Assembly: GCA_001770205.1 (NCBI GenBank)
Contig: MEQL01000055.1
Coordinates: 1 to 64,000 of the forward strand
DNA from: Bdellovibrionales bacterium RIFOXYD12_FULL_39_22
GTDB taxonomy: Bacteria > Bdellovibrionota > Bacteriovoracia > Bacteriovoracales > Bacteriovoracaceae
DNA: 64,000 nucleotides
Direction: 5' to 3'
The translations under genes and the position numbers were made by a program. This document shows, one piece after another, positions 9,397 to 18,562 of the stretch. The notes beneath the pieces were generated by a model. It made no database searches. It was not told the origin of the DNA and saw only the letters and a program-made list of their open reading frames with translations. How positions within the stretch are numbered: the stretch's first letter is position 1; each line of letters opens with the position of its first letter.

Positions 9397-10630
9397 ATAT
9401 ACTTATTTATTTATTTCCTTTTTGGCACTACGCACTCTGATCGAGCTATATTTAAAAATCAGGCAGCGACAGCACATTATTAAACATCGCTCGATGGTAC
9501 CGACTCAATTTCAACAAACTATCTCCCTAGCAGATCATCAAAAGGCCGCCGACTACAATGTAACTAGAATCAATAGCTCTTTTTTCTTTTATCTTTTGGA
9601 CCTGGCCTTGCTGTTAGCTTGGACTTATGGAGGCGGACTGAATTATCTAGATTATCTTCTACATCCTCTTAATTTATCTCCACTACATCAGGGGGTACTT
9701 TATCTTTTTTCTTTTTCTCTTATTTCTGCCATCATAGATTTGCCCCAAACTCTCTATGCAACTTTTGTCATTGAGAAAAAATTTGGTTTTAACAAAACAA
9801 CCCCAAAGCTTTTCATGCTTGATCTTTTAAAAGGAGTCATCCTCTTTGCTGTTTTGGCCACTCCTCTACTCTACTCTCTACTTTTTATTTTTGATTTCAT
9901 GGGAAATTTATGGTGGATCTATGCTTGGGCCTTTCTGGCCATCTTCCAATTAATTATGGTCTGGCTCTATCCGTCACTCATTGCCCCTTGGTTTAATAAA
10001 TTTGCTCCCCTCAACGATACTGAGATTACGGACAAAATTAGCAATCTTCTTGATCGATGCAAATTAAAAAACAGTGGTATTTTCACCATGGATGCCTCTA
10101 AAAGATCTTCTCATGGAGACGCTTATTTTACGGGCCTTGGTAAAAATAAACGCATCGTTTTTTTTGATACCCTTATTTCCACACTCTCACCCAATGAAAT
10201 TGTGGCCGTACTAGCACACGAACTAGGCCATTACAAAAAAAAACATATTCTGCAGCATCTAATAATTTCCTCCTCGTCATCACTTTTGGGTTTTTTCATC
10301 TTGGGCCAAGTTCACCACATACCACTATTTTTCTCCACTCATGGAGTGATCAATAACGTCAACTATTTAGCCCTTTTACTCTTTGTACTAATTTCCCCAG
10401 TCTATACTTTTTTTATCACCCCACTATTTTCTTTTTTATCGCGAAAAAATGAGTTTGCGGCCGATCGCTTCGCCAGCGAAAATAGCAACGCCCAAGATTT
10501 AATCGCAGCACTTACCAAGCTCTATAAAGATAATGCCAGCACACTGACTCCTGATCCATTATACAGTGCGATCTATCACTCTCATCCTCCGGCACAAATT
10601 AGAATTGAAAAATTACTGAAACTCTCTTAA
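9380..10630 (+). CDS. M48A family zinc metallopeptidase (Ste24-like)
   Basis: Multiple TM helices, IEKKFGFNKTT, AHELGH, EFAAD, SHPP. Confidence 0.93.
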   Translation: MQTTSEYTYLFISFLALRTLIELYLKIRQRQHIIKHRSMVPTQFQQTISLADHQKAADYNVTRINSSFFFYLLDLALLLAWTYGGGLNYLDYLLHPLNLSPLHQGVLYLFSFSLISAIIDLPQTLYATFVIEKKFGFNKTTPKLFMLDLLKGVILFAVLATPLLYSLLFIFDFMGNLWWIYAWAFLAIFQLIMVWLYPSLIAPWFNKFAPLNDTEITDKISNLLDRCKLKNSGIFTMDASKRSSHGDAYFTGLGKNKRIVFFDTLISTLSPNEIVAVLAHELGHYKKKHILQHLIISSSSSLLGFFILGQVHHIPLFFSTHGVINNVNYLALLLFVLISPVYTFFITPLFSFLSRKNEFAADRFASENSNAQDLIAALTKLYKDNASTLTPDPLYSAIYHSHPPAQIRIEKLLKLS

Positions 10631-12001
10631 AAAACTCTCGATACTATTTAGCTTACTCATCATGGCCTTGTCATCACAGGGCATGGCATTAAAGTCTTCC
10701 CAGTTGTATTCTTGTGTTTGATGATTTGGATAATCTATCCCGGCATTAACCGTCGAGAGATTGGGCCGAACATATTTCAAGGCAAGATGCTTCAAAATAA
10801 ATGGGCCGTTTAATCGGCCGTCATAGAAGAGTATCCCATGAAATGTTATTGGCAACATAAAACGGCCGGCCTCAAGCGATAATGGATTTTCCACAAAGGC
10901 CACTGGATGGCCATTCATATCGTATAGCGTGGCCTGAAAAATATAATCACCCTTTTGATAAATTTGATATTTTGCCTCGAATTCCAAATCACCATCTTCT
11001 GTCAACCGCTCGGTAATTTTATTTTTAAATTTGGCCTGACGATATTGCAAAGCAAAAGAATCAAAAAAATAGAGCGATGGCCTTTTTTTTACTCTGGTAT
11101 CATTATCTGGCAGCACGGTAGCTTCTACTTTAACAAAATAATTTCCCACCAAATTTTCGGGCGATAATTCTGGTAATATCAGTTGGCCATTATAGCTATA
11201 ACCGAGGCCCTCTTCTCTTGATTCATTAAAAGCAACTGCTGTGACAAACTCTTTTTTCTGATTAAATACTTCTGCCTTAATGCTGGCGGGAACGCGCCCA
11301 TTTTTCTCTGTTACTGACAGCGCAAATTCAACCTCCTCTTCGGCAATAGTATAATAATTTTGTGTCCTACTGCCAGAAATTGCGTACGCCCCCATTAAAG
11401 GACTCTCTCCTTCGGCCGGCCCATTAGAATTAGGAATGGGCAACGGTTGCCAAAAAGTTCCATTTTTTCCTTCTGGCCTGGCCAACGGATCTTTTTGATT
11501 TTTACCCAACGGAATAAGATTCGGCGGATAAATTGAAGTACGTCTATAACGTTTCACGCTCTCTGCCAAAGCATCTTTGTCTGCAACATCTAATGGAGCA
11601 TTTTCTAGCTCTGCCAAAATTTTTTTTACTAGTTCTTTTTTCTTTTTCAACTTTTCGGCAACTTCTTTCTTTTTTGCTTCTTTATTTAACTGTCGTCGCT
11701 TTTTTAAATCCTGTAGATTTCTAATTTTAACATCTACAATTTTTTGGTAATCTTCTGCCGTTAAGCTTTCCGAAAAATCATCCTCTGTTTCCCTTCCACT
11801 GCGAAAAGAAGTAGATTCCAAATGCGTCTTTCCCCACCCTAAAACATCCGATTTCAAAATAGTTCGCATAGAAAAGGGAGTTCGTTCTCTGGCCGCATAG
11901 GTATAATCAGTCATAATAGATTTCAATGAAGTATACTGAGAAGTAACAAAAATCGATAGCAATATGGCCAGCAACAGAGCAATTCCCACTTTAGTTCTCA
12001 T
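10613..12001 (-). CDS. Exported hypothetical protein with C-terminal beta-sandwich, partner of the upstream hydrolase
   Basis: 462-aa ORF with an N-terminal TM/signal, a coiled coil, a YPP motif and a beta-rich C-terminus; overlaps the upstream ORF by 11 nt. Confidence 0.7.
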   Translation of the reverse strand: MRTKVGIALLLAILLSIFVTSQYTSLKSIMTDYTYAARERTPFSMRTILKSDVLGWGKTHLESTSFRSGRETEDDFSESLTAEDYQKIVDVKIRNLQDLKKRRQLNKEAKKKEVAEKLKKKKELVKKILAELENAPLDVADKDALAESVKRYRRTSIYPPNLIPLGKNQKDPLARPEGKNGTFWQPLPIPNSNGPAEGESPLMGAYAISGSRTQNYYTIAEEEVEFALSVTEKNGRVPASIKAEVFNQKKEFVTAVAFNESREEGLGYSYNGQLILPELSPENLVGNYFVKVEATVLPDNDTRVKKRPSLYFFDSFALQYRQAKFKNKITERLTEDGDLEFEAKYQIYQKGDYIFQATLYDMNGHPVAFVENPLSLEAGRFMLPITFHGILFYDGRLNGPFILKHLALKYVRPNLSTVNAGIDYPNHQTQEYNWEDFNAMPCDDKAMMSKLNSIESFLREFQ

Positions 12002-12824
12002 CGTAAACTCCTCTTAGTAGTTCCCGATCACGAACCAAGTCAGAATGGGAGTGTTCATCTGATCTAAAAAAATCAATAAAGTAATCATTATTAATTTTAT
12101 TGCATTCTCCTTCAACGTCCGTAATGGCCACTTCATTTTCGCAGGCCATTGCTGAGGCCAAAGGCACCACTCCATCACTTCTGCTGCTTTCTTTATTTTG
12201 ATAACGCTCCTCCCATGTAAGTCCACTTCCCCTCAGCAGTTCAGCCACTTCTTCTCCATACTCTCGATCATGAGTTCCAAATACCAAATAAATTGGTACC
12301 CCCGGAGAATTAATAATCGAAGAGGGATGATATATTTCTGCGGTGGTCATGGAGAGGATACATTTTTCACCGACAAGCTTAGTAATTGCCTTTGATTTTC
12401 CACTCGCGCAGACATAATCCATCAGAGGAGTTCCACTAAAGGCCCCTCCAAAGCTATATACTGCGATTGTTGCCTGATAAATTCTAACAAAATTATGCTG
12501 AGGATATAAATCTGCATAGCGACGGCCAAGCCCCAAAATGTAATAGACTACCGCCGATGAATAATCATATGTTCGAAGAAAAATTGGTGCTTTTTTACAT
12601 TTGCTAATCTCTGCTACCAGCTTGGGGGCCAAATCTTCTGCTGCATTTTCTAACTCTAGTGATGAATTCCAATTTATATAATGCGGTAAATTATCCCACG
12701 ATCCCAGCTTAGCATCCCGTCCGTGAATATAAATATTGCAAGGCCCCGCGCCATAAGCAAAAGAGATCAATGATGTCCAAAAAAAAGTGGCGCAAAGAAA
12801 TAGGAGCGATTTCATGCATATCAT
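11991..12824 (-). CDS. Secreted alpha/beta-hydrolase (lipase-fold) protein with non-canonical nucleophile elbow
   Basis: Signal peptide; IYIHG oxyanion strand; GGAFSGTPL; SDGVVPLASA; terminal HSH; the elbow reads RTYDYS rather than GxSxG. Confidence 0.65.
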   Translation of the reverse strand: MICMKSLLFLCATFFWTSLISFAYGAGPCNIYIHGRDAKLGSWDNLPHYINWNSSLELENAAEDLAPKLVAEISKCKKAPIFLRTYDYSSAVVYYILGLGRRYADLYPQHNFVRIYQATIAVYSFGGAFSGTPLMDYVCASGKSKAITKLVGEKCILSMTTAEIYHPSSIINSPGVPIYLVFGTHDREYGEEVAELLRGSGLTWEERYQNKESSRSDGVVPLASAMACENEVAITDVEGECNKINNDYFIDFFRSDEHSHSDLVRDRELLRGVYDEN

Positions 12825-12983
12825 GCATACTCTTCGGTATAAGGAGGATTTTTTATTATAGCTATCAAGGCAATTTTAAATACGTACGTACGACGCGAAG
12901 GAATCTCTCTGCGAGTTTGCTTGCGCATAGAAAATTCGTCTTGTAATTAAAAGCAAGCACATAAGTAATTGTAATTGCGTGTT

Positions 12984-13024
12984 GTGTTAAAAATATTAAT
13001 ATCGGTGTTAATATTTTTAATATC
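12984..13024. promoter_or_regulatory. Palindromic operator candidate (13-8-13 inverted repeat)
   Basis: TTAAAAATATTAA (12987-12999), spacer TATCGGTG, TTAATATTTTTAA (13008-13020); also reads as two GTGTTAA-N5-TTAATATC direct repeats 21 bp apart. Confidence 0.6.
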
Positions 13025-13028
13025 TGCA

Positions 13029-13057
13029 TTGACAAAATAAACATGCATGGGTAGTTT
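13029..13057 (+). promoter_or_regulatory. sigma70 promoter of the DUF2089 operon
   Basis: TTGACA-N17-TAGTTT, followed by an AAGGAG RBS before ATG 13084. Confidence 0.65.
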
Positions 13058-13083
13058 ACATAAATCATTTAAGGAGATTTCGT

Positions 13084-13461
13084 ATGGAAGCAAAGACAAT
13101 ATGCCCCATGTGTTCAGCGGGCCTAAAAATAAAAGTACTTGAGTGCAGCTCATGCCAATCAGGACTTACGGGCAATTTTGATTTCCCCAAAGGTGGCCAG
13201 CTTGATGATGAGATTTTTAATTTTGTCAAAGTTTTCATATATGCAGAAGGCAACATCAAAAAGACTGAGGCCATTTTAAATTGCTCCTATCCAAAAATCA
13301 AAAATCTATTAAAGCAGGCAAAAAAATCACTGGGCATTTCGGAAGGCCCAGGCAGCAATTCAACTACCCCAGATGAGAGAAAACATATTCTAAATATGCT
13401 CGATGCGGGAGAAATTTCATTTGATGAGGCGATGGAAAAAATAAAAAACAGTCAAATATAA
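13084..13461 (+). CDS. DUF2089 family protein (Zn ribbon + HTH)
   Basis: CPMC...CSSC, FVKVFIYAEGNIKKTEAILNCSYPKIK, C-terminal ILNMLDAGEISFDEA. Confidence 0.9.
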   Translation: MEAKTICPMCSAGLKIKVLECSSCQSGLTGNFDFPKGGQLDDEIFNFVKVFIYAEGNIKKTEAILNCSYPKIKNLLKQAKKSLGISEGPGSNSTTPDERKHILNMLDAGEISFDEAMEKIKNSQI

Positions 13462-13472
13462 GGAGATAAAAC

Positions 13473-14324
13473 ATGAGTTACAAATTATTAAGTGGTGATG
13501 TTCTAAAATTAGATGTGGTGTTACACAATAACGATTTACAAATTATGACAGAAAATCGTGAAGATGTAGCGATTGAAACTCCAAGCTTGCGACGAAATAG
13601 TGCCGAGGAAGCATTTCGCATTGAGATAATTAATGAGGTTTTAATTATTAAAGAACAAGATGTTCGTAGGCCAAGCGGCCTTGGATTTAATAGTGGAGGA
13701 GAAATAATTTTACGAGTTCCCGCTAAGGCCAAAATTGAAGGAGCAATTGTTACATATAACGGAGACATTGAAATTGAGGAGATCTCTTTTAATGGTTTAA
13801 TAAAAACACATAATGGGGACATTTCAATAGAAGAGCTAAATTCGAAAAAACTTGAAATTTCTGTTGCTAGTGGTGATATTTCAATTCCCAATGGCCACTT
13901 TCAGGAAGTATCGATAAAAGCACTATCTGGCGACATTGAAATAGGAAACGCTCATTTTGATTTGATTTGTAACTCTAATGTGTCCACCATATCTGGAGAT
14001 ATTCAGGTAGAGATCGTTGAGTATATTGGCAACAATACATTATTGCTACAATCCGTAAGCGGGGACATAGAAATTAACGGCAATTATCCAAAAGATAAAG
14101 TTCTGTCACAAACTGTGTCAGGAGACGTTACGAATAACGACTTCTCCGTTAATTTTGAAGGTATTGTTGGAGATGTTGCGAAAAAAATTAAACGAAAAGT
14201 AAAAGAGGCCATTTCTGGTAACACTGATGACCGAGGAGATGTAATCCGAGTACTCGATATGTTGGATGCCGGAAAAATTGATGCTGATAAGGCCGAGCAG
14301 TTAATTAAAGCAATGAGAGGATAG
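13473..14324 (+). CDS. DUF4097 beta-strand repeat protein with YvlB/LiaX-like C-terminal helix pair
   Basis: Repeated (T/S)x(N/S)GDI motifs; VLDMLDAGKIDADKAEQLI. Confidence 0.85.
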   Translation: MSYKLLSGDVLKLDVVLHNNDLQIMTENREDVAIETPSLRRNSAEEAFRIEIINEVLIIKEQDVRRPSGLGFNSGGEIILRVPAKAKIEGAIVTYNGDIEIEEISFNGLIKTHNGDISIEELNSKKLEISVASGDISIPNGHFQEVSIKALSGDIEIGNAHFDLICNSNVSTISGDIQVEIVEYIGNNTLLLQSVSGDIEINGNYPKDKVLSQTVSGDVTNNDFSVNFEGIVGDVAKKIKRKVKEAISGNTDDRGDVIRVLDMLDAGKIDADKAEQLIKAMRG

Positions 14325-14361
14325 GAGGTGGATATATTTATTAATTTATAAGGAGAAATGT

Positions 14362-14760
14362 ATGGAAGAGCGCACAAGAATTTTATCAATGTTAAAAAAT
14401 GGAAAGATTTCTGAAAAAGAGGCGGAGCGTTTATTAGATGCTATCGGGGATAACGCAAATAAATTCAGCGAAACCAAGGCGGCCAGCAAAATTGATGTAA
14501 AAAATTTAGTTGGTAAACTTTGCATTGAGGTTAATAGTGCAGATGGAGATGATGTTATGGTAAAAATCCCCTTAAAACTGGCACCTCTTGGCCTAAAAAT
14601 GATGCCCAAGCAAACTTATGAGCAAATGAAAAAAGATCATGGTATTGATCTGGCCGAACTTCTAACTCACATTGACGAAATTGCTGGTGAACTAGATGAG
14701 GATATTGTCAATGTAAACAGCGCCAACGGAGACAAAGTTCGTATCTACGTTAAAAAATAG
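14362..14760 (+). CDS. YvlB/LiaX N-terminal (SHOCT-like) domain protein
   Basis: MEERTRILSMLKNGKISEKEAERLLDAI...VKIPLKL...GDKVRIYV. Confidence 0.85.
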   Translation: MEERTRILSMLKNGKISEKEAERLLDAIGDNANKFSETKAASKIDVKNLVGKLCIEVNSADGDDVMVKIPLKLAPLGLKMMPKQTYEQMKKDHGIDLAELLTHIDEIAGELDEDIVNVNSANGDKVRIYVKK

Positions 14761-14791
14761 CTAGCTATTTTTTAGTTCTATGAAAAATTAT

Positions 14792-14843
14792 AACTGGCAC
14801 ATAAATGTGTTTTCATTTACCAACTCATCTCTATGCGCCAGTT
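14792..14843. terminator. Inverted repeat between convergent genes (possible terminator)
   Basis: AACTGGCACATA / TATGCGCCAGTT, 11 of 12 complementary, with a long loop. Confidence 0.35.
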
Positions 14844-14847
14844 TTGA

Positions 14848-15258
14848 CTACTTAACACCATTCTCTCTCAAAAATGGGCCATATTTTTTATCTTCAAAGG
14901 CGATATGATTATTCAACCAATCCTTTAAAAATTGCATTACCTCGCGAGACATGGCCACTTTTCCGCTTTTAAAATCCGCTTGCAAGGCCTTCGCCTTATC
15001 CGTTAATATTTTATGCTCACTGATATGCTTGGCACTATCTGGATATTTGTATTTAGCAAAATATTGTTCCTCGGTCGCAAAATGAGTTTTGGTGTAATTG
15101 ACCAAATCACCAAAAATATTTCCAAGAATCTCACTACCCTTGCCTTCAGTCATGGCCGCGTACAATTTGTTTAAAAGATCCACTAATTTTTTGTGCTGAT
15201 TATCTATAGAGTCAATTCCCACACTCAAAGAAGCTGTCCAGTCGATCAAGTTTTTCAT
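14848..15258 (-). CDS. Bacteriohemerythrin
   Basis: WTASLSVGIDSIDNQHKKL, HFATEE, HISEH, WLNNHIAFED; ATG 15258 follows a GGAGG RBS. Confidence 0.95.
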   Translation of the reverse strand: MKNLIDWTASLSVGIDSIDNQHKKLVDLLNKLYAAMTEGKGSEILGNIFGDLVNYTKTHFATEEQYFAKYKYPDSAKHISEHKILTDKAKALQADFKSGKVAMSREVMQFLKDWLNNHIAFEDKKYGPFLRENGVK

Positions 15259-15373
15259 CGCTATTACCTCCAAATTTAAGAAAATATTAAGACCACTGTC
15301 ACATTCTACTGCGAGAAAATATTTTGGCATGATGGAAAAAATTTCCGAAGGAATATATAACCGAAACAGTCTA

Positions 15374-16201
15374 CTAGTAAAGATCGCAAAACGATGAGTA
15401 GATACTCCAATCATTGTGATGAATAACTCCATGGACTGACCAAAATTGAGGAAACTTCAATTGAATCAGTGAACGAATTCCACTACCTCTGGCCACTAAA
15501 AAAAAGCGATCGCTTTTTAATTTTGCCAAAAGTTTTTTTAAAATAACACGAACATCCAGAGGAGAACTAAAATCGTACATAAAATATACATCTGCAGGAG
15601 GAATAGCGAATTCATCTTCTAGGATATTTTGCTGAATCATAACACAGCGATCCAGTTGGAGATGCTCCCACATTCGCCGCGCTTCTGCCGCTCGAGTTTC
15701 CATAATTTCATACGCAATAAATTCGGCCTGTGGAAAAATACCTTTCATCACTATTCCAATACGTCCATAGGCCGCGCCAAAATCTACTATGGTTTTAGGG
15801 TTGTATGGCCGTAGTATATTTAAAAAGTGCCATATTTCAGAATATGGAGTTTGTAATACTTGAGGGTGCAGTCCAATCCAAGTCTGCGTTCCCTCAAAAT
15901 GTTTTTTCCTTTCGTCCGCTGCCGGCCGATAATAGGCGCAATATGATTGCAAATGTTTTTGCTCGATTCGCCCAATGCGGTAGCCTAAAATTCTATCAAT
16001 TCGCTTTGATTGTTCTTTGGGTGAAATGCCTTTGGGAAGGATAAAGAAGTTTTCGTTAGCGACCATTTTTTGTAATTCTGTGGCCGAAGATTTTTTCTGG
16101 GAAAGGGCAACAAAGTCGAACGCATCATCCGCTTTGGCCTCTTGTAATTGGTTCGTGATATAAATTCCTTTGGCCAAATTGTGCCGTGATTGTCCTGTCA
16201 C
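15374..16201 (-). CDS. Class I SAM-dependent methyltransferase
   Basis: IVDFGAAYGRIG (motif I), IAYEI, ADVYFMYDF. Confidence 0.8.
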   Translation of the reverse strand: MTGQSRHNLAKGIYITNQLQEAKADDAFDFVALSQKKSSATELQKMVANENFFILPKGISPKEQSKRIDRILGYRIGRIEQKHLQSYCAYYRPAADERKKHFEGTQTWIGLHPQVLQTPYSEIWHFLNILRPYNPKTIVDFGAAYGRIGIVMKGIFPQAEFIAYEIMETRAAEARRMWEHLQLDRCVMIQQNILEDEFAIPPADVYFMYDFSSPLDVRVILKKLLAKLKSDRFFLVARGSGIRSLIQLKFPQFWSVHGVIHHNDWSIYSSFCDLY

Positions 16202-16288
16202 CTTAGCACTGTAATAATTACAAGTCTAGTTAGACAATCGATCCTCTGTGTTATAGGTATCTCTTATAATTTATATCAGCACCTTTTT

Positions 16289-17674
16289 ATGAATACTATT
16301 TTGCTATTTTTAGTCTCCATCACAACTCTCTTGTGGGGAAATTCTGCGTCAGCGTCAGCGGCAACTACAACCTTTGCAGAAATTTTAAAGATGGCCTTGG
16401 CCCGTAATGTGGAAATTAAAAAAATCGACAACAATATTGCCACTGAAAACTTGTACTATCGCCTGTCTCTTAAAAAACTTTTTTTGCCCCAACTTGATAT
16501 GAAAATATCCGGTGGAGAGGCCATGCAACATCTCAAAGATCCCTCCACTTTTGATCTGGCCACCACTAATATTAGAACCCCTTTTGCTCTTTCTGCTGGC
16601 CTACTTGCTCGCTATGATCTCTTCAATGGACTTGCCGATGTTAATGGAAAAAAAATGGCACAACTCTCTTTGCAGCAAAGCAAGGATCTTTTGAAAATGC
16701 AAAAAGCGCAACTTACTTACGAACTGCGGAAAATTTTTTTAGATCTCTCTATGGCCGAACGCACTTTGGCCCTCATCGGGGAAGAGGTTGCGGTAGATAA
16801 AAAACTATTTGAAATTACCACGGCAAAATACAAAAGCGGCCATATTTCTAAAGAGGAATATTGGCGGGCCAATCTAGAATATATTGAATCGCAAGAACGT
16901 CTTGCTAACCAAGAAGAGTTAGTAAAAAATTTAAAAATAGCTCTATTTGATCTGATTTCGAATGAACAAATACAGGAAAAAGAGACCTTAAAACTATCAC
17001 TAGAAAATTATGAAAAATTGGATGGCAAAACAAACGATCTTCTAACCGCCATCCTCACTCAAAAAGAAGATCAATTAATTGGATCTTTTCTATCCGCCTA
17101 TCAGCAAACATCTTCTAGTGACTATCAAAACTTATCTAAACAGATGGCCATTAGCGAGATGAACTATAAAATATCCCGGGCAGATTTTCTTCCTAAAGTT
17201 TATCTGCTGGCCGACTATAATCAGAACTTTGAAAATATACGAGATCACGCTCTAGATAATTCCTATTCTTCTTATGGAATTTCCCTCAACCTTGAGGTTC
17301 CCCTATTTAGCAGCTTCGACTCTTATGTAAAAAGCAAAGAATCTTACTATCTTTTTTTAAATTCAACTTATGACTTGGCCCAAAACAGTTTTGCCGTTAA
17401 AAATAAAATCTCCAAACTTTGCAGCAACCTTCGTGCCTACGCATCCTCTTACCAGCTTGTGCAAAAAAAACATGAAATCCAAGGTGAGATCTATCAAAAT
17501 ATGTTCAAGCGCTATAGCGCTGGGGCCATTGCCATTCAACTGCTCATTGACGATAAAATTAAGTTACAACAATATGGCCTGCAGCTAGCAGAAGAGATTC
17601 ATAATATAAAATTAACAGAGCTAGAGTTAGATAAAATATCTGGCGAAATTAACCGTTATTGGGAGCAACTATGA
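16289..17674 (+). CDS. TolC family outer membrane efflux protein
   Basis: Signal peptide from MNTILL; FLPQL...YDLFNG, FLPKV...VPLFS; first gene of the MFP-RND operon. Confidence 0.85.
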   Translation: MNTILLFLVSITTLLWGNSASASAATTTFAEILKMALARNVEIKKIDNNIATENLYYRLSLKKLFLPQLDMKISGGEAMQHLKDPSTFDLATTNIRTPFALSAGLLARYDLFNGLADVNGKKMAQLSLQQSKDLLKMQKAQLTYELRKIFLDLSMAERTLALIGEEVAVDKKLFEITTAKYKSGHISKEEYWRANLEYIESQERLANQEELVKNLKIALFDLISNEQIQEKETLKLSLENYEKLDGKTNDLLTAILTQKEDQLIGSFLSAYQQTSSSDYQNLSKQMAISEMNYKISRADFLPKVYLLADYNQNFENIRDHALDNSYSSYGISLNLEVPLFSSFDSYVKSKESYYLFLNSTYDLAQNSFAVKNKISKLCSNLRAYASSYQLVQKKHEIQGEIYQNMFKRYSAGAIAIQLLIDDKIKLQQYGLQLAEEIHNIKLTELELDKISGEINRYWEQL

Positions 17675-18555
17675 AACAAATAATACTTGCCATCGTTTTT
17701 CTGGCCTGTGCTACTAATCTATTTACTCTGCAGGCCAGCATCAGGCCTAAGGGTAAAAAAGAAAATCTCCCCAAAGTTTACACGCAAAAACTAAATATTG
17801 CAGAACTAAGTAACGAAGTTACCTATTGGGGCCACTTAGCTCCGGCCAAAGTCGCTAAAATTTATTCTCCTATAGATGGTATCGTGGTTGATCAAATTAT
17901 TCAGAGAGGAAACTTTGTGAAAAAAGGAGAAATTATCTCTATTATTAAGCAAAATATTGTAGGACTAGATTCTCTACCACTTAAAGTGCGAGCGCCAATG
18001 GATGGATACCTCTTTGAACAGGCCATTTCGGAAAACTCTTTTGTGACACAGAACACTCTTTTATATCAATTATACGATCCGCAGGAATATAAGTTAAAGC
18101 TTCATTTACCCCCTGCTGATGCCAAGCTTATCAAAATAAAAGATAAAGCGGCCATAACCGTTGATGATAAAAATCTAGAAGGATTTGTCACTATCGTTAA
18201 TCCTTTTCTTGATTCAGATACTGGAACCATGGCCATTGAACTCTTGCTTTCCAATCAAGAAAACCTCCTGGCCCCGGGAATGGTGGCAGCTGCTAAATTT
18301 AATTTCAATAAACACTCAGGATTTTTGGTCGATGAGCAATATATCAAAAAGCAAGGAGATAAAAATGTCCTTCGTCTTCTAGAAAAAAACAACCTGGTGA
18401 CGCTTGCAGAAGTGGAGATTAAAAGCAGTATCCGAGGGAAGGTAGAAATTACTGCGAACACTCTGGTCGACGGATTAACCATAATCACCAAATCATCCGT
18501 TGAACCCTTGGCCGAAAAACAAGAAGTAAACATCTTTTCCAATTCAGCAAAGTGA
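17671..18555 (+). CDS. RND efflux periplasmic adaptor subunit
   Basis: SPIDGIV...VKKGE, VRAPMDG, LAPGM; ATGA overlap with the TolC stop. Confidence 0.88.
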   Translation: MKQIILAIVFLACATNLFTLQASIRPKGKKENLPKVYTQKLNIAELSNEVTYWGHLAPAKVAKIYSPIDGIVVDQIIQRGNFVKKGEIISIIKQNIVGLDSLPLKVRAPMDGYLFEQAISENSFVTQNTLLYQLYDPQEYKLKLHLPPADAKLIKIKDKAAITVDDKNLEGFVTIVNPFLDSDTGTMAIELLLSNQENLLAPGMVAAAKFNFNKHSGFLVDEQYIKKQGDKNVLRLLEKNNLVTLAEVEIKSSIRGKVEITANTLVDGLTIITKSSVEPLAEKQEVNIFSNSAK

Positions 18556-18562
18556 TATTATT

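Noticed and set aside
10100..10140. Ste24 motif reads GDAYF instead of GNAYF
   Set aside because: Single substitution with all zinc ligands intact; not enough to claim altered function.
15259..15432. 58-aa N-terminal extension of hemerythrin in the ORF track
   Set aside because: Overlaps the methyltransferase; a strong RBS supports ATG 15258.
15374..16201. Idea that this is a DOT1-like methyltransferase acting on bacterial histones
   Set aside because: Only generic class I SAM motifs are visible; there is no evidence for the substrate.
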